Under the pieces are notes generated by a model. It saw only the letters and a program-made list of their open reading frames with translations, was not told the origin of the DNA and did no database searches. The position numbers and the translations under genes were made by a program. Positions 1-12,275 of a DNA stretch of 64,000 nt are shown here, in pieces. The stretch covers positions 155,027-219,026 of the forward strand of contig CP144853.1 in the NCBI GenBank assembly GCA_036689545.1, in the 5' to 3' direction. Position 1 is the first letter of the stretch, and each line of letters begins with the position of its first letter. This DNA comes from Candidatus Stammera capleta (GTDB taxonomy: Bacteria; Pseudomonadota; Gammaproteobacteria; Enterobacterales; Enterobacteriaceae).

Positions 1-1024
1 AAAAACAATGAAAAACTTTTTTAAATTTTAAAAATTTTAAAATTTTATTAAAATTAAAATTAATATTATTATTAGTAATTAATAAACTTGTTATTTTATT
101 AATTTTTGTTTCTTTATAGTTTAAATATTTTAATAAATAAGATAAATCATTAAATTTTAATGGATTACGTAAATCTGGTTTATCAGTTCCATAATACATA
201 ATAGCATCATTATATTTAATTTTTTTAAAAGGAAATAATAAATTAATTTTTTTAAATTTCAATCATAAAGAACTTATTAATTTTTCAATCAAAATACTTA
301 TATTTTTAAATGTAGTAAAAGAAATTTCTATATCTAACTGAGTAAACTCTGGTTGTCTATCAGAACGTAAATCTTCATCACGAAAACATTTAACTATTTG
401 GTAATATTTATCTATACCAGAAATCATTAATAATTGTTTAAATAATTGAGGAGATTGAGGTAAAGCATAAAATTTATTATTAAATATTCTACTAGGTACA
501 ATATAATCTCTTGCTCCTTCAGGAGTAGATTTAGTTAAAAAAGGTGTTTCAACTTCAAAAAATTTTTTTTTTTGAAAAAAACTATGTAAAAAATATTTAA
601 CTTTAGAACGTAATTTTAAAATATTTAATACATCTATTGTTCTTAAATTTAAATAACGATATTTATACCTTAATTTTTCATTTGATGTAAAATCAAAAGG
701 TAATGGTTTTGAATAATTAAATATTTTAATCATATTAATACATACTTCAATATCACCATTTTTAATATTTGAATTAATATTTTTTTTCGATCTAAATCGA
801 ACTATACCTGTAATTTTTATACATGATTCTTTTGTTAAAGTTAAAACTAAAGATCATATCCTTTTTTTTTTTTTTTTTAAAAAAGTTTGTATAATTCCTG
901 TTTTATCTCTTAAAGTAATAAAAATAATATTTTTAAATATACGTAAGTTTTGAATTCAACCACAAAGTTTAACTTTATTATTAATATTACTAATATTTAG
1001 TAAACCACAATAATTAGTACGCAT
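1..1024 (-). CDS. aspS: Aspartate--tRNA ligase; the 3' end runs off the window start
   Basis: ATG at 1024. The N-terminus MRTNYCGLLNISNINNKVKLCG-W-IQNL parallels E. coli MRTEYCGQL...LCGWV. Class II core blocks are present: FYALPQSPQLFKQLLM, QIVKCFRDEDLRSDRQPEFTQLDIE, YGTDKPDLRNP. It needs TGA=Trp at 956-958 and 263-265. The T17 run at 862-878 was counted and is in frame (Lys run). Confidence 0.93.
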
Positions 1025-1166
1025 ATATATATATATATTAATAAATTTTTTTTTTAAAAAATTAATATATAGTAAATTATATAAAATATATATTTACATA
1101 TATAATAATTAGTATTATTACAGCTAGTTCTTATTTTAACATATTAAAAATATAATTAATAAAAAT

Positions 1167-2885
1167 ATGAATATTAAAAAAAAAATAGAACATAAAATAT
1201 ATAAAATACTTACATCTATAAATATTAAAAAAAAATATAATTATAAAATATATGATAATGAAAATATTAGTGATTTTCAAATTAATGGATTAATAACAAT
1301 AGCTAAATTAGAAAAAAAAAATGTATATCTTTTAATAAAAAAAATAAAAAAAGAATTAATTAATAATAAACTTTTTAAAAACATAAATATAGTTAAACCT
1401 GGATTTATTAATATTAATTTAAATATAAAAGAAGTTGAAAAAATTATAAATAAATATTCTAAAAAAAAAAATTTTGGTATTAAAAAAAAAAACAAAAAAA
1501 AAAAAATTATTATAGATTATTCATCTCCTAATATTGCTAAAGAAATGCATATAGGTCATTTAAGATCAACCATTATAGGAGATTGTCTCGCAAATATATT
1601 AGAATTTTTAGGACATAATGTGTTAAGAATAAATCATATAGGAGATTGAGGAACTCAATTTGGAATATTAATTGCTTGAATTAAAAAAAAAAAAATAGAA
1701 AATAAAATTAGTAATTTACAAATATTAGAAAAAAATTACATAAAAGCACAAAAAAAATTTTTAAAAAATAAAAAATTTAATAAATTATCCAAAAAATATG
1801 TAGTTAAATTACAAAATAAAGAACATAAAGTATTAAATTTGTGAAAAAAAATAGTTAATTTAACGACAGAACAAAACCAAAAAATATATAATACATTAAA
1901 TGTAAAACTTAATCATAATAATATTATGGGAGAAAGTTTTTATCAAAATATGTTAAATAATATTGTAAATGATTTATTAAAAAAAAAAATAGCTATTTTA
2001 AATAAAAAAGCTATTGTTATTTTTTTTAAAAAAAATAAAAAAAAAATAGTAATTATAATAAAAAAAAAAGATGGTGCATTTTTATATAATACAACTGAAA
2101 TAGCATGCGCTAAATATAGATATGAAGTATTAAAAGCTGATGAAATTATTTATTTAACTGATTTTCGTCAAAAACAACATTTAGAATTAATATTTTCTAT
2201 ACTTTATAAAGCTAAATATATTCCTCAACATATATTATTAAAACATTATTATTTTGGCGTTATATTAGATAAAAATAAAAAACCATTAAAAACTAGAGAA
2301 GGAAATAATGTAAAATTAAAAGATCTTATTAAAAAAGCTAAAAAACATTCTATTAATTTAATAAAAAATAAAAATAATACATATAAACAAGATAAAATTA
2401 AAAAAATAGCTAATAAAATAGCTATAGGTGCTATAAAATACTCAGATCTATCAAAAGATAGAACAAATAATTACTTATTTAATTGAAATAAAATATTATC
2501 TTATAGTGGTAATACTGGACCTTATATACAATATGCTTATACTAGAATAATATCTATTTTAAAAAAAAATAACACTAATATAACAAATGCAATTAAATAT
2601 AATAAATTTATTATTAATAATAATTTAGAATTTTTAATAATAAAAAAAATATTAAATTTTGAAGAAATTATTTTAAAATCTTCTCAAAATGGCACACCTC
2701 ATATAATATGTAATTATTTATATAACATAACTGTTTTATTTTCTAATTTTTATGAAACAAATCATATTAACAATATAAAAAATATAAATTTAAAAAAAAG
2801 TAAAATAAAATTTATTGCTATAATAGCTAAAATAATTAAATTATGTTTAAATTTATTAGGTATACCTATATTAAATAAAATGTAA
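1167..2885 (+). CDS. argS: Arginine--tRNA ligase
   Basis: ATG 1167, TAA 2883-2885. This joins track ORFs 1167-1649 and 1926-2486 plus unlisted pieces, all in one frame. HIGH region [17 protein letters not shown]. The invariant HIGD-W-GTQFG has W=TGA at 1647-1649. C-terminal block [14 protein letters not shown]. Confidence 0.95.
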
Positions 2886-2898
2886 AATTAAATAAAAT

Positions 2899-3726
2899 TT
2901 ATTTTTTTTGAGCTACACTAAAACGATATAAATCATTATAATTTTTATAAGATGATATATTAATATAAGAATATTTTTTATATATATAATTAATTATATT
3001 TTTTTGATCATTAGAGTGTTCAATAATTAATCATCCATGTTTTTTTAAAAAAAAATATGAATTTTTAATTATATGGTAAATATCATTAATACCTTTAAAT
3101 GATTTTAAAGAAATATAAGATTCAAATTTAAGATTATTTGATAATTGATAATTTAAATTAATATATGGAGGATTACTAATAATTAAATTAAATTTTTTTT
3201 TTTTATTTTTAAAATAAGTAAACCAATTACTTTCATAAAAAAAAACGTTTTTTAATCCTAATTTATAAGAATTATATTTAGCTAAATTTATTGCTAAAGG
3301 ATTAATATCTATTCCTACAATTAAAGCATTTATACATTCTTGTGCTAAAGATAGAGATATAACACCTGAACCTGTACCTAAATCTAATATTAAAAACTTT
3401 TTTTTTTTAACCAAATTAATAGTATATTCAACCATAATTTCAGTATCTTGTCTAGGAATAAATATATCAGGATATATTTTAATACTAAAAGATCTAAAAA
3501 AATGTTTCTTTATTACATATGAAAAAGGTTCCCCTTTTAATATTTTAAATAAATAAAAATCTAATTTCTCTAATTCTTGATTTTTAAATTTATAATTATC
3601 AAAAGTAATAATCCAACTATAATCTTTTTTTAAAATATATTTTAATAAAATAAATGCTTCTTTAAAAATAAAAGGATTTTTTTTTTTAAAAAGAGATACT
3701 TTATATAATCATTGTTTTATATTCAT
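2899..3726 (-). CDS. prmC: Release-factor glutamine N5-methyltransferase (HemK/PrmC)
   Basis: ATG 3726, TAA 2899-2901. SAM-binding ILDLGTGSGVISL and catalytic NPPY (IISNPPYIN). It starts 6 nt after the prfA stop, as in the E. coli prfA-prmC pair. TGA=Trp at 3031-3033. Confidence 0.9.
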
Positions 3727-3732
3727 AATAAA

Positions 3733-4776
3733 TTAATTAAAATAATTAATAATTGGATCAATTAATAAATTTAAATTTCCGTTAAGTATTTCACTTAAAG
3801 AATATATCGTATAATTAATACGATGATCGGTAATTCTATTTTGTGAAAAATTATAAGTACGATTTCTATCACAACGGAATCCTGTTCCTAATAAGATTTT
3901 CTTTTCATAAGATTTTTTTAAATGACGTTTTTCTATTTCTAAAGAATATATTCTTGATTTTAATATCGTTAAAGCTTTAGATTTATTTTTATGTTGAGAT
4001 CTTTCTTGCTGACATTCTACTACTAAACCAGTTGGAATATGAGTTATTCTAACAGCTGAATCAGTAGTATTAACATGTTGACCACCAGATCCTGAAGATT
4101 TAAAAGTATTTATTTTAATATCTTCATTTTTTATAACAGGTAATTTTATTGAAGGTATATCAGGTATAACTGCTACTGTACAAGTAGAAGTATGTACTCT
4201 CCCTTGTGATTCAGTTAAAGGTACACGTTGAACTCTATGTCCACCAGATTCAAACTTTAATTTTCCATAAGCATTTTTACCAATTATTTTAAATGTTATT
4301 TCTTTATATCCTCCATAAGGAGTAGAATTTATATTTATTAATTCTACTTTATAGTGAATACTTTCTGCATATTTAACATACATTTTAAATAAATCTAAAG
4401 CAAATAACGCTGCTTCATGACCTCCGGTACCAGCTTTTATTTCTAAATAAGCATTTAAATTATCTTTTTTATCTTTAAAATGAGATGAAATACTATTTTT
4501 TAATTTATTAAAAGATTCTTTAATTAAATAATTAAGTGTTTTTATTTCTTCTTTAACTAATATAGATAATTCATTATCATTCAATAACAATTGAACATCT
4601 TTTAACTCTTCACAATATGTATTTCAAATGTTAAATAAATTTTTTATTTTAGTTAATTTTGAATATTCTATAAAAACTGACTTTTTTTCTATTTTTTTTT
4701 TTTTTAAAAAAAAATTTTCTATTTTATGTAAACGTTTATCAATTAATAAAATTTTTTTTTTTATTATATTTTTCAT
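3733..4776 (-). CDS. prfA: Peptide chain release factor 1 (UAA/UAG-specific)
   Basis: ATG 4776, TAA 3733-3735, 347 aa. GGQ motif [22 protein letters not shown]1-type P-x-T tripeptide in [23 protein letters not shown] block. In-frame TGA at 4624-4626 aligns with the Trp of E. coli CFTDWQQV. The T14 run at 4692-4705 is in frame. Confidence 0.95.
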
Positions 4777-4934
4777 AAAATTATTTTTTATATTTTGTAA
4801 ATATATTATATATATAATATATAATATTTTTTTTTTAAAAAAAATATTATTTTTCTTTATTTTTTTACTATATATAAATTTATATAATAAAATATATTTA
4901 TTATTAACTTATAAAATTATTATAAACATATTTA

Positions 4935-5504
4935 ATGAGTATTAAAATATTAATAGGTATTGGTAATACTGATAAAAAACTTTTGAATACAAGACATAAC
5001 GTAGGAATATGATATATTAAAAAAATTATGACATCAGAAAAAACAATTCAATTTGGTAAAATATATAAAATATTTATTAATAAAAAATTAATATTTATAT
5101 ATATTCCAAATAGTTACATTAATTGTAGTGGAAAATATGTTTATTTCATTAAAAAAAAACTTAATTTAAAAAATAAAGAAATACTTATTATACATGATGA
5201 AATAAATTTAAAACCAGGAAAAGCAAAATTTACAAAAGGAGGTAAATGTACTCATAATGGAATTAAAGATATAATTAAAAATTTAAAAAATAAAAATAAT
5301 TTTTATAGATTAAAAATAGGTATAGGTAATACAAGTATAAAAACAAAACTAAATAAATATGTACTTTCTATACCAACTATAAATGAAAAAAAATTAATAA
5401 TAAAATCTATTAAAAAAGCAATAGAATGTACTAAAATATGAATTTCTGATAATAATTTTATTAAAGCTCAAAATATATTAAATTCATTAAATTTTTATTC
5501 TTAA
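4935..5504 (+). CDS. pth: Peptidyl-tRNA hydrolase
   Basis: ATG 4935, TAA 5502-5504. MSIKILIGIGN, TRHNVGIW, IIHDEINLKPGKAKF and HNGIKDII are colinear with E. coli Pth. TGA=Trp at 5010-5012 and 5439-5441 (E. coli TEMWFTDG). Confidence 0.93.
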
Positions 5505-5617
5505 CTAAAAATAAATTTTATCGTTAATTAATAGATATTAATTAACTTTTATTTTGTTTAATAAAAAAAACATTATTTTTTATATAAAAATAATAAATAA
5601 AATTTTAAACTTCTAAA

Positions 5618-7006
5618 ATGTATAATCTAAATAATATATCTGAAATATTAAATAAATATTCTTTTAAATCTTCTAACATATTAAAAAAACTGAATATTAA
5701 AGTTAACATAGCAGGAAGAATTATATCTAAAAGAATAATGGGAAAAAGTACTTTTCTTAATATACAAGATATAGAAGGTAATATTCAAATTTGAATAAAT
5801 CAAAATATAATTACAAATATATTTTATAAAAAAATAAAAAAAATTAAATTAGGAGATATTATCTATATATCAGGAAAAATATTTAAAACAAAAACTAAAG
5901 TTTTAACTATAAAATGCACATTTTTTAAAATATTAGTTAATATATATAAATATTTACCAGATAAATTTCATAAAATAAAAAATAAAGAAACAAAATTTAG
6001 AAAAAGATATCTAGATTTAATTATTAATAAACAAACAAGAAAAATATTTTTAACTAGAACTAAAATAATAAATTTAATAAAAAAATATTTAAATAAAAAT
6101 AATTATATAGAAATAGAAACACCTATATTACATAATATTCCTGGAGGAGCAATAGCTAAACCCTTTAAAACATACCACAATAAATTTAATTTAAATATGT
6201 ATTTACGTATTTCTCCTGAACTTTATTTAAAACAACTGATTATAGGTGGATTTACTAAAATATATGAATTAAATAAAAGTTTTAGAAACGAAGGAATATC
6301 TTTACAGCATAATCCAGAATTTACAATGATAGAAATTTATAAAGCATACTCAGATTATAAAGATATTATGGTATTAACTGAAAATATTTTTTCATATTTA
6401 ATAAATTCATTATTTAAAATTAAAAAATATATAAAACATAAAAATAAAAAAATATATTTTAATATACCTTTTAAAAAGATAACTATGAAAAAAGCAATTT
6501 TTAAATACTCTAAATTATTTAAAAACATTAAAGATATAGATAATGAATTAATATTAAATAAAATTGCTAAAACACTTAATATAAATACTACTTTATATAA
6601 AGGAAAAATAATTTCTAAAATATTTGAAATAACAACAGAAAAATTTTTAATTCAACCTACATTTATTACCGAATATCCTCTAGATATATCACCATTAGCA
6701 GAAAAAAATAATAAAAAAGAAAATATAGCTAATAGATTTGAATTATTTATAAATGGTTATGAAATAGGTAATGGATTCTCTGAATTAAATAATTATAAAG
6801 AACAAAAAATAAGATTTAAACAACAAATGAATAATAATATTAACAAAAACTTTTTTTATAATAAAGAATATATAAATGCTTTAAAATATGGTTTACCCCC
6901 AACTGGAGGATTAGGTTTGGGAATAGATAGAATAATTATGTTATTAACTAATTCTACCTCTATAAAAGAAGTAATACTTTTTCCTACTTTAAAACAAAAA
7001 AACTAA
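5618..7006 (+). CDS. lysS: Lysine--tRNA ligase (class II)
   Basis: ATG 5618, TAA 7004-7006, 462 aa. OB-fold N-domain (IAGRIISKRIMGKSTFLNIQD). Class II motifs YLRISPELYLKQL, FRNEGISLQHNPEFTMIE and GGLGLGIDRIIMLLT. One TGA=Trp near 5800. No prfB lies upstream (see findings). Confidence 0.95.
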
Positions 7007-7671
7007 AAAACTTTAGATTTTAATAAAATATATTTAATAAATTTTTTTTTAAAAAAAATTTTTAAAATTATTTTTTTTTTAAAATATACATTTTTTTTTA
7101 TATTAAATTGAAATCTAAAATGTTTTGAATAAAAATTAGATAATAAATTATTTTTATTAATATTAAGAAAATTTAAAAAAGTATTTATTTCATATAAAAT
7201 TTTTTTTTTATCTAAATTATTAAATAAAGTTAAAAAAGGATCACCTATTATTTTATATAAAAAAAAAGTATTTCTATTACCTATAATAGGAATCCATAAT
7301 ATTTTACTAATTTTTTTTAATATAATTTTTTTTATATTAAAAATTTTTGAAAAATCTTCGAAATTTATAAATAAAGACATTAAACATACATCATTTAAAG
7401 GTTGATAACACATATCAATAGATATCGTTTTAATTTCAATATTAAAATAAGATATATCACAATATTTTTTTTTTTTGAAATAAAAAACATTAATATATTT
7501 TTCGATAAAACGACCTATTCAACCTTTATCATAAAATGAAAAATATTTTTTTTTAAAAAAGTTAATATTTTTAATTAAAAATAAAATAGAATAACCTGAA
7601 ATTAAATTAGATAAATAATATATATCTTTTTCAGAAATATTTTTTTTAGATAAATTAATATAAAAATTCAT
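7003..7671 (-). CDS. Hypothetical 222-aa protein, possibly a shortened and divergent YgfZ/GcvT-fold (folate-binding) protein
   Basis: ATG 7671, TAG 7003-7005, one in-frame TGA at 7522-7524. There is weak colinear resemblance to E. coli YgfZ residues about 20-235: ISEKDIYYLSNLIS vs ITGADSEKYMQGQVT, FYDKGWIGRF vs HCDAKGKMWSNLRLF, ILWIP vs LLWFE, NVYFKKK vs GISFKKGCY. The KGCYxGQE cysteine and the C-terminal domain are not recognisable. It remains a long open frame in sequence where stops are otherwise frequent. Confidence 0.35.
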
Positions 7672-7914
7672 AAATAATTTTATTACATAAATATTTTTTT
7701 TTTGTGAAATAAATATAAATATTTATTTATATTTAATAATACAAATTTTAAAAAACTAAATATTATGAAATTAAATTTAAATAATATTTAAATTATTAAT
7801 TAATAATTATAAACTAAATATATTATATACATATATAATTAATTTAAATAAAATTATAAATAAAATTTACAAAATTTAAAATTAATATAAATAAATACAT
7901 AAAAGAAATTTAAA

Positions 7915-8982
7915 ATGATATTTAAATGTGGAATAATAGGATTACCTAATGTTGGTAAATCAACTTTATTTAATATACTTACTAATAATAATGTAAAAAA
8001 TAAAAATTTTCCTTTTTGTACTATTAAATCAAATATAGGAGAAACTTTCATAAAAGATAATCGTATTTATAAACTTTCTAAAATATTAGAAATTAAAAAT
8101 CTTATTTTCCCAACTATTCAATATATAGATATAGCAGGATTAATTAAAGGAGCTAATAAAGGATTAGGATTAGGAAATAAATTTTTATCTGATATTAAAA
8201 AAGTTCATTTATTAATACATATAATAAGAATATTTAAAGATGAAAAAATAATAAGTTTTTATAAAAATATACATCCTATAAGAGATTTAAATATTATTAA
8301 TAATGAATTAATTCAATCTGATATTAAAACATTAATAAACATTAAAAAAGACAAAATATTTATTGAAAATAAAAAAAAATATTTTCCTTTAATAAATTTT
8401 TGTTTAATAAAATTAAAAAAAAAGAAAATAATTAAAAATTATATTTTTGATAAAAGTCAAATAAAATTTATAAAAACATTAAATTTATTAACTTTAAAAC
8501 CTAAAATATATTTAATTAATATAACAAATTATTCTAATAAAGAAAAAAAAGAAAATATTAAACAAATAAATAGTATTAAAAAATATTTAATTCTTAAAGA
8601 AAAAAAAAAAATTATTTTACCAATAAATATAAAAAAATATGAAGAAAAAAAAATAAAAAATAATAAAAAAAACTATTTTAATAAAATAAATACTATAATT
8701 AAATATAGTTTAATTCTTTTAAAATTAAAAATATTTTTTACAATAAATAATAAAAAAATACAAATTTGATTATTTAAAAAAAATGATATTGCTTTTAATA
8801 TAGCAAAAAAAATTCATACAGATTTTCAAAAAAAATTTATAAAAATTGAAATAATAAAATTTAAACATTATTTAAAATATAAGACATGAGAAAATTTAAA
8901 AAAAAGAGGTAAAATATCTTATAAAGGTAAAAAATATAAAATTAAAGATGGGGATATAATTAAATTTATTATAAATAAATAA
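7915..8982 (+). CDS. ychF: Ribosome-binding ATPase YchF
   Basis: ATG 7915, TAA 8980-8982. P-loop GIIGLPNVGKSTLFN, DIAGLIKGANKGLGLGNKFL, C-terminal TGS-like GKKYKIKDGDII. TGA=Trp at 8767-8769 and about 8887. Confidence 0.9.
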
Positions 8983-9037
8983 ATATAAATTTAAATTATA
9001 TAAAAAATTAAATTAATATATAAAAATTAGGTACAAT

Positions 9038-10480
9038 ATGATATTTAAACAACCAAAATCTTTTTATCTTATTTTTGTATTAGAATTATGAGAAAGATTC
9101 AGTTTTTATGGATTACAAGCAATTATAACAATTTTTTTAGTTAAAAAAATGTGATTATCTGAATCAGATGCAATAACTTTATTTTCTTCTTTTACTGCTA
9201 TTGTTTATGGTTTAGTTTCAGTTGGAGGATGATTAGGAGACAAAATATTAGGAATCAAAAGAACAATGCTATTAGGTATAATTACTCTTACTATTGGTTA
9301 TACACTTATAACTTTATCTTTTTCTAATACAAGAATAATGTATTTAGGATTAGCAACTGTAGCTATAGGTAATTGTTTATTTAAAGCAAATCCAGCTTCT
9401 TTACTTTCTAGATGTTATAAAAATGATCCTAAAATAGATACTGCTTTTACTATGTATTATATGGCAGTTAATATAGGATCTATATTTTCTATGTTATTAA
9501 CACCATGGTTAATGCATAAATTTGGTTGAGAAATAGCTTTTTCTACATCAATAATAGGTTTATTAATCACATTAACAAATTTTCTTTATTTTAAAAAAGT
9601 AATAAAAGATTATGGATCAAAAACAGATTTTATGCCTTTAAACAAAATAAAATTAATAATAGTAATTATAGGAATAATAATTGCTATATTATGTTCAACT
9701 TTTTTATTATATAATCAAAATATAGCTAATAAAATATTAGAAATAATAATCTTTTTTGTTATAATTTATTTCTTAAAAGAAACATTAAAATTAAAAGGAG
9801 ATGTTCAAAAAAAAATGATAGTAACATTTATTTTAATGTTAGAAGCAATTTTATTTTTTGTATTATATAATCAAATGCCTACATCTTTAAATTTTTTCGC
9901 TATTAGAAATGTTAAATCAAATTTTCTAGGATTTAATATTAAACCAGAACAATATCAAGCATTAAATCCTTTTTGAATTATAATATGTAGTCCAATTTTA
10001 GCTAAAATATATGATTATATAGGTGATAAATTAAGTATAGTATATAAATTTGCTATAGGCATGAGTTTATGTTGTATATCATTTTTAATTTTACCATTAG
10101 GAATAAAATTAAATTCTAATATTGAAGGATTAATTTCACCTATTTGATTAATATTAAGTTATTTATTACAAAGTTTAGGTGAATTAATGATTTCAGGTTT
10201 AGGTTTATCTATGGTAGCACAATTAGTGCCTAGAAAATTAACAGGATTTATTATGGGGACATGATTTTTAACAACTTCTATAGCAGCAATAATATCAGGA
10301 TATGTTGCAAATATAATGACTTTTCCTCAAGGAAACTCAATTAGTAAAATATCATCATTAGCAGTATATTATTCAGCATTTCTCAAAATTGGATTATTTA
10401 CAGGATTTATTACTTTAATAATAATAATTATATCACCAAAATTAAATTCTGTTATTAAACCCAAAATAAATAATAAATAA
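9038..10480 (+). CDS. dtpA: Proton-dependent di/tripeptide permease (POT/PTR2 family, DtpA/DtpB-like)
   Basis: ATG 9038, TAA 10478-10480, 480 aa. It joins track ORFs 9266-9529 and 9632-9976 in one frame. POT signatures are present: [86 protein letters not shown]. Several TGA=Trp codons. The A versus B paralogue assignment is uncertain. Confidence 0.85.
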
Positions 10481-10510
10481 ATAAAATTTAAAATTTTACA
10501 TAATATAAAA

Positions 10511-11464
10511 ATGAACATCATTATATTAATATGTATGCATGGAAATTTATCATTAGAAATAATTAAAACACTAGAATTAATAATAGGAAAACAAAAAAAT
10601 ATATATCCAATAATATTTATTCCAGGAGAAAATACAGATATTTTAGTTAATAAATATAGAAAAATATTAAATAAATTAGAATTAAAAAATAAAATTTTAT
10701 TTTTTACTGATATGTGAGGTGGAACTCCTTTTAATGCAGCAAAAAAAGTTACTGAAAACATTAAAAATAAATATGAAATCATTTGCGGAACTAATATTCC
10801 AATGCTTTTAGAAACTTTAATGTGTAGAGAAGAAATAACAAGTTTTAAAGAGTTAATAATAAAAATACTAGAAAATGGTAAAAAAAATATTAATAATGTT
10901 ATTTATAACATAAATAATTCTAAAAATATTAATAATAACAAAATTAAAAAAGAAAACATAAATTTAAAAAATAAACATATGCAGATAATGTTATCTAGAA
11001 TAGACGATCGATTAATACATGGACAAGTATCAATAGGATGAAGTAAAGAATTAAAAATTTCTAGAATTATAGTAATTAATGATATTATAGCTAATGACCC
11101 TCTTAGAACAAAATTATTAAAACAAGTAGCACCTCCCGGAATCACTTCTCATGTAGTAAGTATAGAAAAATTTATAAAAGTATTTAATAATCCTGAATAT
11201 AAAAATGATAAAGTACTACTTTTATTTAATAATCCTAAAGATATTTTAAAAATTATAAAAAAAGGTATTAAAATTACATCTGTAAATATAGGAGGAATAG
11301 CGTATAAAACAGGAAGAAAACAAATTACAGATGCAATATCTTTAGATAAAGAAGAAATTAATATTTTCTATAAATTAAATAAATTAAATATTGAATTAGA
11401 AGTACGTAAAGTTCCCAATGAAAAAAAAATTAATTTAATAAATTTACTAAATAAAATTAAATAA
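10511..11464 (+). CDS. manX: PTS mannose-family EIIAB component
   Basis: ATG 10511, TAA 11462-11464. IIA phospho-His context IILICMHGNLS. IIB phospho-His context SRIDDRLIHGQVSIGW. TGA=Trp at 10715-10717 and 11039-11041. The Ala/Pro linker of E. coli ManX is replaced by an Asn/Lys-rich linker. Confidence 0.92.
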
Positions 11465-11470
11465 TTAAAT

Positions 11471-12271
11471 ATGAAAATCACATTATTACAAATAGTAATG
11501 ATATTTTTAGTAAGTAGTATAGTAGGTATAGGATCTATTTTAGATTCTTTTCAAACACATAGACCATTAATAGCATGTCCTTTAATAGGATTAATATTAG
11601 GAGATATTAAAAATGGAATAATAATTGGAGGTACATTAGAAATGATTTCTTTAGGGTGAATGAATATTGGAGCAGCAGTATCTCCGGATACTGCATTAGC
11701 ATCAATCATTTCCACAATTTTAGTTGTAGCAGGTAAACAAAGTATAGGTGCAGGAATAGCATTAGCTATACCATTAGCTGCTACAGGACAAATATTAACA
11801 ATCATAGTGCGTAGTATTACTATTATTTTTCAACATTCAGCTGATAAAGTAATAGAAGAAAATAAAAATCTAAATCATATATCTTATTTACATATAGGAG
11901 CATTAATTTTACAAGCTATGAGAATAGCTATCCCAGCTATTATAATAGCTTTTACAGTAAAAACTAAATTAATTCAAAATATTTTAAATTCTATTCCATA
12001 TGTTATTACTAATGGATTAAATATAGCTGGAGGTATTATAGTAATAGTAGGATATGCAATGGTAATAAATATTATGAAAGCTAATTATTTAATGCCATTT
12101 TTTTATTTAGGTTTTGTTATTGCAGGATTTACTAAATTTAATCTAGTATCTTTAGGAATTATAGGAATCATATTATCTATTTTATATATACAATTATCAC
12201 CTAAATATTATATTTTTCCAAAAAAAATAAATAATAATAAAAATAATATAAATGATGATCAATTAGATTAA
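11471..12271 (+). CDS. manY: PTS mannose-family EIIC component
   Basis: ATG 11471, TAA 12269-12271. It is almost colinear with E. coli ManY: FQTHRPLIACPLIGLILGD, GGTLEMISLG-W-MNIGAAVSPDTALASIIST (W=TGA 11657-11659), YAMVINIMKANYLMPFFYLGF. Confidence 0.93.
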
Positions 12272-12275
12272 AAAA

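Noticed and set aside
862-890. Suspected frameshift in aspS at the T17/A6 homopolymer.
   Set aside because: Counting codon by codon from ATG 1024 shows the tract is in frame (..TFLKKKKKRIW..). It joins the N-terminal OB-fold to the catalytic core without interruption.
4628-4945. The track ORF 4628-4945 (+), and many similar ORFs antisense or out of frame to conserved genes. These include 1277-1495, 7854-8051, 10369-10782, 10903-11145, 11551-11805, 12263-12631, 13585-13791, 14563-14808 and 29721-29912. They also include 33185-33400, 33756-33956, 34340-34621, 34980-35312, 35437-35628, 36971-37159 and 57170-57388.
   Set aside because: All overlap well-supported genes on the other strand or in another frame. 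They have low-complexity F/I/L/K/N composition with no recognisable motif, as expected for shadow ORFs in A/T-rich DNA.
7707-7728. Perfect A/T palindrome AAATAAATAT-AA-ATATTTATTT upstream of ychF, similar AT-only inverted repeats, and (AT)n runs at 1025-1040.
   Set aside because: In spacers that are essentially two-letter sequence, such palindromes arise easily by chance. No G/C anchoring, conservation or positional logic could be shown.
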